A DNA stretch of 61,928 nucleotides, filler included. It is 16 parts of 16 records of this genome, joined end to end, with 100 filler letters (N's around TTAATTAATTAA, not from the genome) between each part and the next. Parts side by side here need not be neighbours in the genome. Positions count along the whole stretch, not along the records: positions 22,835 to 25,607 come from SRR11831580_295; positions 25,708 to 28,026 come from SRR11831580_298; positions 28,127 to 35,962 come from SRR11831580_299; 13 more parts are not named here. The stretch is one strand, 5' to 3'. The translations under genes were made by a program, and so were the position numbers. Within the stretch, counting starts at the first letter, position 1. Each line of letters starts with the position of its first letter. The notes under the pieces are model-generated. The model worked only from the letters and a program-made list of their open reading frames with translations. It was not told the origin of the DNA and ran no database searches. Of the stretch, positions 24,762-35,324 are shown in pieces.

Positions 24762-25475
24762 TCAGGAAAGCGCGGCGTGAATTGCGCGTAGTGACGCTTG
24801 CAGAATTTCATCGGCGGGGTGTCGCCCATCCAGTTCAAGGATCTTTGCGCCATTGAATGTCAGTTGCGGCGTAACGGCGATTTTTTCCTGTAACGCTGCC
24901 AGTTGGTGGTCAGGTTTACGCGCAAACGCGGTTTGTTCATCAATGCCAAGACGAATCAACAATACGGGCAAATAAGATGCCATCCATTGGTACAGCTTCA
25001 GCTCGCGCTGCCTTAACATTTTTATCCAACCGTTACCGCCCGTGGTTTTTGCCAATTGCGGGCCATCAAAGCGAAACCCCGGCACTTCAACCTGCGGGTA
25101 GCGGTCGGTGATGAGCAGAAAGCCTTGCTGGCTTTTACACAACATTTTGCGAAACTTGTACGCCCGCCAGCAGGAAAGCAGATAGATAACCAGTGCAGTA
25201 ATATTGCCAGGCGGTGTTGAGGGCTTTTCGTGCACATGTGCCGCTTTACTTCGCAGATAACGCCCAAAAGGTGCGCCAATAACAGGGAGCTGTGAAATCC
25301 ATTCGCCAATTCGCCCGGACGATTGCCCGAGATAAATGTGTTCTGTTGGCATTCTTGCTGCCAGTTCATTTACCAGGCTTGCCGTGAGGGTCGATTTACC
25401 TGAACCATCACATCCTACAATGGCAATAACACGCACTGGCGTGGAATTAATTATTGACATATTACGTTGATTCAC
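24762..25475 (-). CDS. yghS: Thymidylate-kinase-like P-loop protein, paralogue of yghR
   Basis: 237 aa; GCDGSGKST Walker A; TDRY motif. Confidence 0.92.
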   Translation of the reverse strand: MNQRNMSIINSTPVRVIAIVGCDGSGKSTLTASLVNELAARMPTEHIYLGQSSGRIGEWISQLPVIGAPFGRYLRSKAAHVHEKPSTPPGNITALVIYLLSCWRAYKFRKMLCKSQQGFLLITDRYPQVEVPGFRFDGPQLAKTTGGNGWIKMLRQRELKLYQWMASYLPVLLIRLGIDEQTAFARKPDHQLAALQEKIAVTPQLTFNGAKILELDGRHPADEILQASLRAIHAALS

Positions 25476-25721
25476 GAAAAACCCGGCAGTAAATAATGTA
25501 TTGAATATTACGTGGTCCGTGCTCAGAATATCCGTTCAACCTTATTGTGACAATGGTTAATTGTGACATTGACCTGAATTACGCTTTCATAAAAACATAT
25601 TAACCAANNNNNNNNNNNNNNNNNNNNNNNNNNNNNNNNNNNNNNNNNNNNTTAATTAATTAANNNNNNNNNNNNNNNNNNNNNNNNNNNNNNNNNNNNN
25701 NNNNNNNCCACGCAAGTGTAC

Positions 25722-27103
25722 CTGAGAGACATCGATGATAAACAGCTGCTTGTTGTAGTACAGCACGTTATACTCGGAAAGATCCGCGTGCACAAGCTTG
25801 GCTTCCTGGTACATCTTGCGCATCAGTTTCACCATCTGCAGGTACATTTCGCGCATTTCTGACTCGTTCAGACCAGCATCCTTCAGTTTGGGAGCAGCCC
25901 TACACAGCGTGATAATAACACAAACAGCAGCACGGTGAGTGGGAGCTGAATCCACAGCGGAAACAAACAAACAAGGCAACAACAGATCCGGAGCACTCAC
26001 TGCACGTGCATATCACGCCAGGATGCAGCCCTTTCACATGTTGGAGATGCTATGTTTTCCACACGAACACGCCACTGCATAACAACGCGCGCACGCACAC
26101 ACGCACACGCGCACGCACACACGCACCATCCATCCTTTCCCAGGAACTCCATGACGAGCACGTGCATATGCAGACACACCACCTGCGGGGTCGGCAGGCC
26201 ACTCAGCTTCATTCTGCACATGCGAATGCGAGAGATGCGTCAGCAAATACGGATACACACGCTGTGCGACCTCGGTATCTCTGTATTATGGAGAAACGAA
26301 GAACAGTGCGTGCATGCATCATAAACATTGATCGTTCACATAACAAGTATGGTTGAAACTCAAAGGAAGACAAACAAAGCACATTCGGCACGAAGTAGGT
26401 GCGAGTATGGATGCCGCACAAACGTGAGTTCCACATGACCTGCGTCATATCATCGTATGAAAGAGCATACCGGTTCAAGTTGCGTGTCTCCTTCTCCGCC
26501 CACATGCGCACCATTTTGCGCGGGTTGGATTTGCAGTAGCCGCGACGAAACCGAAAGTCACCCGAAACGTAGCGATCACGATCCTGCAAACATCATTCAC
26601 AAACAACACAATTAGAAAGCAGAACCAGACTAAGAAGAAGAACAGCACGAAAGCAACTACGACGAGCAACAACCATATCGGACACCTCTGCTCCTTCTAC
26701 GCAACGATCGGTAGATGCAAATACCATACCTTGAACACAAGGATGGATGTTTTGTAGACTTTAACTGCGAGTTCTTTGCCGCCCGGTCCAAACGCATGAT
26801 ACACATTGGCCTGGCTTCGGTGAGCGAGTGATTTCACAACAAAATGTGCGCACCTCTTTACCCGTAGAAACACAGCCATGAATCTCGGACAACACTTCTC
26901 GATTGAGCATCTTGAACAAGATCATTCGAGTGCGTGGGTCAAGAACCTGATCTTGCGTGGCGCGATCTGCTCTGTCATGTGACCGTCTGCATAGAGTATT
27001 AACACAAAGTAGCAGCACGGCAAGGACCGAACCTTGCATCTTCGATGCTTTGTTCGACAGCCCGCAATTTAATGGAGATACTGGAAGGTAGATCATCCGC
27101 CAT
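25722..27103 (-). CDS. RIO1: Eukaryotic RIO1 atypical Ser/Thr kinase/ATPase, spliced and 3'-truncated: exons 27103-27033, 26986-26854, 26810-26730, 26583-26471, 26213-26127, 25899-25722
   Basis: The spliced 663 nt give 221 codons: ...[21 protein letters not shown]...STGKE|ANVYHA...[20 protein letters not shown]...WAEKETRNL...HVLVMEFLG...[10 protein letters not shown]...IIDVSQ. All introns are GT..AG and phases match; the first exon is least certain. Confidence 0.92.
26085..26126. repeat. Alternating purine-pyrimidine (CA/CG)n microsatellite in a RIO1 intron
   Basis: 42 bp acgcgcgcacgcacacacgcacacgcgcacgcacacacgcac, beginning at the 5' splice site on the minus strand. Confidence 0.9.
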
Positions 27104-28126
27104 TATTTCGCACAGGCACCTTTCCACAGATCACAATTTACTGAGTCTCATGAGCGCTGATGGAGTTTTCTGTGTGGGCATCGATCAAACTTTCCATTCT
27201 TTTCGAGTTTACAAGTTAGTAACAGTAGTTATATACTTTACTTTACCTGATCGATCTTTCGACACGCCACCGATCCGCGATACCTGACCCACCCACAAAA
27301 AAGACCATGAAGCAATGGAGCCATGACATTACCTACCACATTGCCCAGAACCATGGAGTTGGCACCACGCGAGAGCAAGAGGACTGCTGGCACAGACGTG
27401 TCTTCGCGACTCCGCGTATGTCAAACAATGAAGCTGCCCGGTAGCAGGTTGTATTCGATCCACTGGCGCATGTAACACAATGCTGATGACGATGAGAGGA
27501 AACCATAGACGTGCTACCATGAATCCACGCAACACGGTTCAGCACAGTTGGCATCCAGTCTCTACATATACGAAACACAATATACCCTGAAGTTCGCGGA
27601 CTTCAGCCCGACGAAACAGCCAATATTTGTGTGTCGTCCTGTTCAGCTATCACTTGTCACTATACCGTCTAATCGCCCACTACTCTTAACGACCAAGTAC
27701 ATTACGTTGCGCTGACCCACTGGTCACCCTATGTACCTAAATCAAAAGCCTGACTTCTCTAAAAACAGCTAAGCGGCGATATGTGGTCCAGTGCGGAGCA
27801 GCGTAGATAACTAGAGAGCGGCACATGTCCCCCTTTCTTCTCTTCGCCCATGCCATATGTCAATTACCCGCTTGGCAGACAAACTGCTAAACCTTGAAAA
27901 TTGTCATGTAGGTGGCACATTTCACAGTAGTGTTGTGTTTGTTCGCTCCTGATAGCTGCCTGGCGGATAAACTAATGCCACACACGTTGATTTGCGAAAA
28001 CAACAACAAGGACTACGACAACAAAANNNNNNNNNNNNNNNNNNNNNNNNNNNNNNNNNNNNNNNNNNNNTTAATTAATTAANNNNNNNNNNNNNNNNNN
28101 NNNNNNNNNNNNNNNNNNNNNNNNNN

Positions 28127-31026
28127 GAATATGAACGGTATCGATAACCTGATGTATATGTCCTCCACCAGCGATTCCGCCGGTAGCGTGACAATTACCC
28201 TTACCTTCCAGTCCGGGACCGATCCTGATATCGCGCAAGTGCAGGTGCAGAACAAACTCCAGCTCGCCACGCCGTTGCTGCCGCAGGAGGTTCAGCAGCA
28301 GGGGATCAGTGTTGAAAAGTCCAGTAGCAGCTATTTGATGGTGGCGGGCTTTGTCTCTGATAACCCAGGCACCACACAGGACGATATCTCGGACTATGTG
28401 GCCTCTAACGTTAAAGATACGCTTAGCCGTCTGAATGGCGTCGGTGACGTACAGCTTTTCGGCGCACAGTATGCGATGCGTATCTGGCTGGATGCCGATC
28501 TGCTAAACAAATATAAACTGACACCGGTTGATGTGATTAACCAGTTGAAGGTACAGAACGATCAGATCGCTGCCGGACAGTTGGGCGGAACGCCAGCGTT
28601 ACCAGGGCAACAATTGAACGCCTCGATTATTGCTCAGACGCGGTTTAAAAATCCGGAAGAATTCGGCAAAGTGACCCTGCGCGTAAACAGTGACGGCTCG
28701 GTGGTACGCCTGAAAGATGTCGCACGGGTTGAACTTGGCGGTGAAAACTATAACGTTATCGCTCGTATCAACGGAAAACCGGCGGCGGGCCTGGGGATTA
28801 AGCTGGCAACCGGCGCGAATGCTCTCGATACCGCGAAAGCCATTAAGGCAAAACTGGCGGAATTACAGCCATTCTTCCCGCAGGGAATGAAGGTTCTCTA
28901 CCCTTATGACACCACGCCATTCGTCCAGCTTTCTATTCACGAAGTGGTAAAAACGCTGTTCGAAGCCATTATGCTGGTGTTCCTGGTGATGTATCTGTTC
29001 TTGCAGAATATGCGAGCAACGCTGATCCCCACCATTGCGGTACCCGTGGTGTTGTTAGGGACGTTTGCCATCCTCGCCGCTTTTGGTTACTCCATCAACA
29101 CACTAACGATGTTCGGGATGGTGCTTGCCATCGGGCTGCTCGTCGATGATGCGATAGTGGTGGTGGAGAACGTCGAGCGCGTGATGATGGAGGATAAGCT
29201 CCCGCCAAAAGAAGCGACGGAAAAATCGATGTCGCAAATTCAGGGCGCACTGGTGGGTATCGCGATGGTGCTGTCAGCGGTATTTATTCCGATGGCATTC
29301 TTCGGCGGTTCTACTGGGGCAATTTATCGCCAGTTCTCTATCACCATCGTTTCGGCAATGGCGCTTTCTGTTCTGGTGGCATTGATTCTTACCCCTGCGT
29401 TATGTGCAACGCTGCTTAAACCCGTCTCTGCTGAGCATCACGAAAATAAGGGCGGTTTCTTCGGTTGGTTTAATACCACCTTCGATCATAGCGTTAACCA
29501 CTACACCAACAGCGTCGGCAAAATCCTCGGATCCACAGGACGATATTTACTGATCTATGCGCTGATTGTTGCAGGAATGGTGGTGTTGTTTTTACGTCTT
29601 CCGTCTTCCTTCTTACCTGAAGAGGATCAGGGTGTCTTTCTGACCATGATTCAGTTACCCGCTGGCGCGACGCAAGAGCGGACGCAAAAAGTGTTGGATC
29701 AAGTTACGGATTACTATCTGAAGAACGAGAAAGCGAACGTTGAAAGTGTCTTTACGGTTAACGGCTTTAGCTTCAGCGGCCAGGCACAAAACGCCGGTAT
29801 GGCCTTCGTCAGTCTGAAACCGTGGGAAGAGCGTAATGGTGACGAAAACAGTGCGGAAGCGGTAATCCATCGTGCCAAAATGGAATTGGGCAAGATCCGC
29901 GACGGTTTTGTCATTCCATTCAATATGCCAGCCATTGTTGAACTGGGCACGGCAACGGGTTTCGACTTTGAGTTAATTGATCAGGCTGGGCTGGGTCACG
30001 ATGCCCTAACCCAGGCCCGTAACCAGTTGCTTGGTATGGCGGCGCAACATCCTGCCAGCTTAGTCAGCGTGCGCCCTAATGGCCTGGAAGACACCGCGCA
30101 GTTTAAACTGGAAGTTGACCAGGAAAAGGCGCAGGCATTAGGTGTTTCACTTTCTGACATCAATCAGACCATTTCAACGGCGCTGGGTGGGACTTACGTT
30201 AACGACTTCATCGACCGTGGCCGCGTGAAAAAGTTGTATGTTCAGGCGGATGCCAAATTCCGTATGCTGCCAGAAGATGTCGATAAACTTTATGTCCGCA
30301 GCGCCAACGGCGAAATGGTGCCATTCTCGGCCTTTACCACTTCACATTGGGTGTATGGCTCTCCGCGACTGGAACGCTACAACGGTCTGCCGTCAATGGA
30401 GATTCAGGGGGAAGCCGCGCCAGGAACCAGTTCCGGCGATGCCATGGCGTTGATGGAAAACCTTGCGTCAAAATTACCTGCGGGCATTGGTTATGACTGG
30501 ACGGGTATGTCGTATCAGGAACGCTTATCGGGAAACCAGGCTCCCGCTCTGGTAGCATTCCTTGTGTTCGTTTCTGTGCCTTGCTGCACTCTATGAAAGC
30601 TGGTCAATTCCTGTCTCGGTTATGTTGGTAGTGCCGTTAGGGATTGTCGGCGTGCTGCTGGCGGCGACACTCTTTAATCAAAAAAATGACGTCTACTTTA
30701 TGGTGGGCTTGCTAACGACAATTGGCTTGTCGGCCAAAAACGCTATTTTGATCGTTGAGTTCGCTAAAGATCTCATGGAGAAAGAGGGTAAAGGTGTTGT
30801 TGAAGCGACACTGATGGCAGTACGTATGCGTCTGCGTCCTATCCTGATGACCTCTCTCGCCTTTATTCTCGGCGTATTACCGCTAGCTATCAGTAACGGT
30901 GCCGGCAGTGGCGCGCAGAACGCTGTGGGTATCGGGGTAATGGGAGGAATGGTCTCTGCAACGTTGCTGGCAATCTTCTTCGTACCGGTGTTCTTTGTGG
31001 TGATCCGCCGTTGCTTTAAAGGATAA
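28127..31026 (+). CDS. acrF: RND multidrug efflux transporter AcrF (5' truncated; cluster of indel miscalls at ~30555-30578)
   Basis: [18 protein letters not shown] motif; ORFs 28131-30596 and 30562-31026 join across the degraded VAISFVVVFLCLAAL segment; ends IRRCFKG. Confidence 0.94.
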
Positions 31027-31035
31027 ATCAGAAAC

Positions 31036-31066
31036 ATAAAGGCGCTTTCGGGTGCCTTTATTATTT
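31036..31066 (+). terminator. Terminator after acrF
   Basis: ATAAAGGCGC-tttcgg-GTGCCTTTAT hairpin. Confidence 0.65.
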
Positions 31067-31278
31067 CCAGTGAAACCCATAAAAATTAATAAGATATTCT
31101 TCTGCTCACTCTTTAAAAGCTTTCTATAGTTCCCGCTCCCTTCACTATTTTTACAATTCACATAATTTGTCATTATTCATTCCGCAAGATTTATAACCTC
31201 CGGTGATAAAATGGCATTCAGCTCGTTAATAAGAGAGTTAACTTATTAAGCGTTAGCGTTTATTACTGAGGTAACACC

Positions 31279-31500
31279 ATGAAAAGATTAATTCCTGTGG
31301 CATTGCTCACCGCATTGCTGGCGGGCTGTGCTCACGATTCGCCCTGCGTTCCGGTTTATGACGATCAGGGTCGTCTGGTTCACACCAATACCTGTATGAA
31401 AGGCACGACTCAGGATAACTGGGAAACGGCTGGGGCTATTGCCGGCGGGGCAGCTGCTGTTGCTGGCCTGACGATGGGGATCATCGCTCTATCGAAATAA
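31279..31500 (+). CDS. yhdV: Small lipoprotein YhdV
   Basis: 73 aa, lipobox LAGC. Confidence 0.93.
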   Translation: MKRLIPVALLTALLAGCAHDSPCVPVYDDQGRLVHTNTCMKGTTQDNWETAGAIAGGAAAVAGLTMGIIALSK

Positions 31501-31930
31501 CTGAACAGGGCGCGGAGTTCCGCGCTCTTTTTAACGATACAGTATCTCTCCATAAGATAAAATATTGCTATATTCTGCTGGGTAATTCCCTGCTGATTTA
31601 GCATGTTACATCGCGTTATTTCGCTGCTTTCGAAATAACGCATCAATTTAATTTTCACACTTCCCACCAGAAATATACTCACGCTAACAATCATTATTCT
31701 GCTTAGTAAAACACGCGTAAATATTTTGCGCCAAAATGTGGCGCATGTTTCATTTTCGCACCATTGCGGGGCGCTGTTTTTATTATTTCCTGTCTACACT
31801 CAGCTTATTGCGACGCGAAATCGTGCGCAAAAGCTGGCACTACTTTTGCTTATAAGAGGATGGCCACAGACAGGTAAAAGACGTTTCCCAAACGTCCTAT
31901 AACGATAATTTTCGCCTCACAGGAAGCATT

Positions 31931-32955
31931 ATGAAAAAGATGATGATAGCCACACTGGCTGCCGCCAGCGTGCTGCTTGCCGTTGCAAATCAGGCGCTGC
32001 TGGCGCGACGCTTGATGCCGTTCAGAAAAAAGGTTTTGTGCAATGCGGGATCAGTGATGGATTACCTGGGTTCTCTTATGCCGATGCTGACGGTAAGTTT
32101 TCAGGTATTGATGTTGATATTTGTCGTGGTGTTGCCGCTGCTGTATTTGGTGACGACACGAAAGTGAAATATACCCCGCTCACTGCAAAAGAACGCTTCA
32201 CCGCTTTACAGTCAGGGGAGGTGGATTTGCTCTCCCGTAATACGACCTGGACTTCATCTCGCGATGCCGGGATGGGAATGGCATTTACCGGCGTCACTTA
32301 TTACGACGGCATTGGCTTCCTGACGCACGATAAAGCGGGGCTAAAAAGCGCGAAAGAACTGGATGGCGCTACCGTCTGTATTCAGGCGGGTACTGATACC
32401 GAACTCAACGTCGCCGACTACTTCAAGGCAAACAATATGAAGTACACACCGGTGACTTTCGATCGCTCTGACGAATCAGCGAAGGCACTGGAATCTGGTC
32501 GCTGCGATACGCTGGCCTCGGATCAATCACAACTGTATGCCCTGCGCATCAAATTAAGCAACCCAGCTGAATGGATTGTCTTACCGGAAGTTATCTCAAA
32601 AGAACCGCTTGGTCCGGTAGTTCGTCGTGGCGATGATGAATGGTTCTCGATTGTACGCTGGACGCTTTTCGCCATGCTGAATGCTGAAGAGATGGGCATC
32701 AATTCCCAGAACGTCGATGAAAAAGCGGCTAATCCAGCAACGCCTGATATGGCACATCTGCTGGGTAAAGAAGGCGATTACGGCAAGGATCTGAAGCTGG
32801 ATAATAAATGGGCCTATAACATCATCAAACAGGTGGGTAACTACTCGGAAATTTTTGAGCGTAACGTAGGTTCAGAAAGCCCGCTGAAAATTAAACGTGG
32901 GCAAAATAATCTCTGGAATAACGGCGGTATTCAGTACGCACCGCCCGTGCGTTAA
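31931..32955 (+). pseudogene. yhdW: Amino-acid ABC transporter periplasmic binding protein, frameshifted near the end of the signal peptide (~31997)
   Basis: MKKMMIATLAAASVLLAVANQA, then a frame change to ...GATLDAVQKKGFVQCGISDG...YAPPVR; non-homopolymer 1-nt deletion, which I recall as the K-12 allele. Confidence 0.85.
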
Positions 32956-33022
32956 GTCGGTGTGAGGTAACGAGCGTCGCTACGGCGGCGCTCTCTTCAG
33001 CGTTATGCTTTCCGAGGTTTCT

Positions 33023-34204
33023 ATGTCTCATCGCCGCTCAACCGTTAAAGGCTCACTCTCTTTTGCCAACCCTACGGTTCGCGCCTGGTTATTCCAGATC
33101 CTTGCCGTTGTTGCTGTTGTCGGCATTGTTGGTTGGTTATTTCACAACACTGTAACGAATCTCAATAATCGTGGCATTACTTCAGGTTTTGCCTTTCTGG
33201 ATCGCGGCGCTGGCTTCGGTATTGTCCAGCATTTGATCGATTACCAGCAGGGCGACACCTACGGACGCGTTTTTATTGTCGGCTTACTCAATACGCTACT
33301 GGTTTCTGCATTGTGTATTGTGTTCGCTTCTGTTTTGGGCTTCTTTATCGGTCTGGCGAGACTTTCGGATAACTGGCTGCTACGAAAGCTTTCCACAATT
33401 TATATTGAGATCTTCCGTAATATTCCCCCGCTGCTGCAAATCTTCTTCTGGTACTTTGCCGTGTTGCGCAATTTGCCCGGACCACGCCAGGCTGTGAGCG
33501 CGTTTGATCTGGCCTTTTTGAGCAATCGTGGGCTTTATATTCCGTCACCGCAGCTGGGAGACGGATTTATTGCGTTTATCCTGGCTGTTGTTATGGCTAT
33601 AGTCCTTTCTGTTGGGCTATTCCGCTTTAATAAAACATACCAGATAAAGACCGGACAACTGCGCCGCACCTGGCCGATCGCCGCAGTGTTGATCATTGGT
33701 TTGCCTTTACTGGCGCAATGGCTTTTTGGCGCAGCACTACACTGGGATGTCCCAGCCCTACGAGGCTTTAACTTCCGCGGCGGGATGGTTTTAATTCCTG
33801 AACTGGCAGCCTTAACGCTGGCACTTTCGGTTTATACATCTGCATTTATCGCCGAGATTATCCGCGCTGGGATCCAGGCAGTGCCTTATGGTCAACATGA
33901 AGCGGCTCGGTCACTGGGATTACCCAACCCGGTTACGCTACGCCAGGTCATTATTCCCCAGGCATTGCGGGTGATTATTCCACCGTTAACCAGCCAGTAT
34001 CTCAACATCGTCAAAAACTCCTCTCTTGCCGCCGCTATTGGCTATCCCGATATGGTTTCGCTGTTTGCCGGCACCGTGCTGAATCAGACGGGGCAAGCCA
34101 TCGAGACGATAGCCATGACCATGTCGGTCTATCTGATTATCAGCCTGACTATCTCGCTGCTGATGAATATCTATAACCGCCGCATCGCGATCGTTGAACG
34201 CTAA
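33023..34204 (+). CDS. yhdX: Amino-acid ABC transporter permease
   Basis: 393 aa, EIFRNIPPLLQ, EAARSLGL. Confidence 0.94.
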   Translation: MSHRRSTVKGSLSFANPTVRAWLFQILAVVAVVGIVGWLFHNTVTNLNNRGITSGFAFLDRGAGFGIVQHLIDYQQGDTYGRVFIVGLLNTLLVSALCIVFASVLGFFIGLARLSDNWLLRKLSTIYIEIFRNIPPLLQIFFWYFAVLRNLPGPRQAVSAFDLAFLSNRGLYIPSPQLGDGFIAFILAVVMAIVLSVGLFRFNKTYQIKTGQLRRTWPIAAVLIIGLPLLAQWLFGAALHWDVPALRGFNFRGGMVLIPELAALTLALSVYTSAFIAEIIRAGIQAVPYGQHEAARSLGLPNPVTLRQVIIPQALRVIIPPLTSQYLNIVKNSSLAAAIGYPDMVSLFAGTVLNQTGQAIETIAMTMSVYLIISLTISLLMNIYNRRIAIVER

Positions 34205-34213
34205 GGAGTCATG

Positions 34214-35317
34214 ATGACAAAAGTATTGCTGTCTCATCCCCCGCGCCCGGCGAGCCATAACTCAAGCCGCGCGATGGTGTGGGTGCGAAAAAATCTGTTC
34301 TCCAGCTGGAGCAATAGCCTGCTGACTATTGGCTGCATATGGTTGATGTGGGAACTGATCCCACCGTTGCTGAACTGGGCATTTTTGCAGGCTAACTGGG
34401 TTGGCTCAACGCGTGCCGACTGCACAAAAGCCGGTGCCTGTTGGGTCTTCATCCACGAACGATTTGGTCAGTTTATGTATGGGCTTTACCCACACGACCA
34501 ACGCTGGCGAATTAACCTCGCATTACTGATTGGGCTTGTGTCGATCGCACCAATGTTCTGGAAAATACTCCCGCATCGCGGTCGCTATATTGCGGCCTGG
34601 GCGGTGATTTACCCACTGATTGTCTGGTGGCTGATGTATGGCGGTTTTTTTGCTCTTGAGCGGGTTGAAACCCGGCAATGGGGCGGGCTGACGCTAACTT
34701 TAATTATTGCATCAGTTGGGATTGCGGGGGCGCTACCGTGGGGGATCTTACTGGCGTTAGGTCGCCGCTCCCATATGCCGATTGTGCGTATCTTATCGGT
34801 CATTTTTATCGAATTCTGGCGCGGCGTGCCGCTGATTACCGTTCTGTTTATGTCTTCGGTCATGCTGCCGTTGTTTATGGCAGAAGGCACCAGTATCGAC
34901 AAATTGATCCGCGCGCTGGTTGGCGTGATCCTGTTTCAGTCAGCATATGTTGCGGAAGTCGTGCGAGGTGGATTACAGGCGCTGCCTAAAGGGCAATATG
35001 AAGCGGCAGAGTCGCTGGCGTTGGGTTACTGGAAAACTCAGGGGCTGGTTATTCTGCCACAGGCGTTGAAGCTGGTAATTCCTGGGCTGGTAAATACCAT
35101 CATCGCACTCTTCAAAGATACCAGCCTGGTGATCATTATCGGGTTGTTCGATCTTTTCAGTAGCGTTCAGCAGGCAACCGTTGATCCCGCCTGGTTGGGT
35201 ATGTCGACGGAAGGGTATGTTTTCGCCGCGCTGATCTACTGGATCTTCTGTTTCAGCATGTCGCGCTATAGCCAGTATCTGGAAAAACGTTTTAACACCG
35301 GGCGTACACCGCATTGA
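34214..35317 (+). CDS. yhdY: Amino-acid ABC transporter permease
   Basis: ~367 aa, [17 protein letters not shown]. Confidence 0.94.
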   Translation: MTKVLLSHPPRPASHNSSRAMVWVRKNLFSSWSNSLLTIGCIWLMWELIPPLLNWAFLQANWVGSTRADCTKAGACWVFIHERFGQFMYGLYPHDQRWRINLALLIGLVSIAPMFWKILPHRGRYIAAWAVIYPLIVWWLMYGGFFALERVETRQWGGLTLTLIIASVGIAGALPWGILLALGRRSHMPIVRILSVIFIEFWRGVPLITVLFMSSVMLPLFMAEGTSIDKLIRALVGVILFQSAYVAEVVRGGLQALPKGQYEAAESLALGYWKTQGLVILPQALKLVIPGLVNTIIALFKDTSLVIIIGLFDLFSSVQQATVDPAWLGMSTEGYVFAALIYWIFCFSMSRYSQYLEKRFNTGRTPH

Positions 35318-35324
35318 GGACACT

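Larger units (their letters stand above)
25708..28026. other. Eukaryotic genomic contig (non-E. coli)
   Basis: Spliceosomal GT-AG introns, simple repeats, no long bacterial-type ORF; bounded by linkers on both sides. Confidence 0.93.

Noticed and set aside
25997-26356. ORFs with CVCACACAC / [10 protein letters not shown] low-complexity peptides
   Set aside because: These are translations of the intronic microsatellite; only 26213-26127 is RIO1 exon
27120-27141. 22-nt GT..AG micro-intron that would fuse the upstream MESLIDAH peptide in frame to RIO1
   Set aside because: The frame fits, but it is half the size of the smallest supported intron and has no branch motif; unsupported without RNA data
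25608-28126. Horizontal transfer of a eukaryotic kinase into E. coli, or a bacterial Rio-kinase island
   Set aside because: The contig is bounded on both sides by artificial linkers, has no junction with bacterial DNA, and contains spliceosomal introns that bacteria cannot remove
28131-31026. AcrF split into two genes, or a true pseudogene
   Set aside because: The break is a local cluster of shortened homopolymers with intact sequence on both sides, typical of a low-quality read
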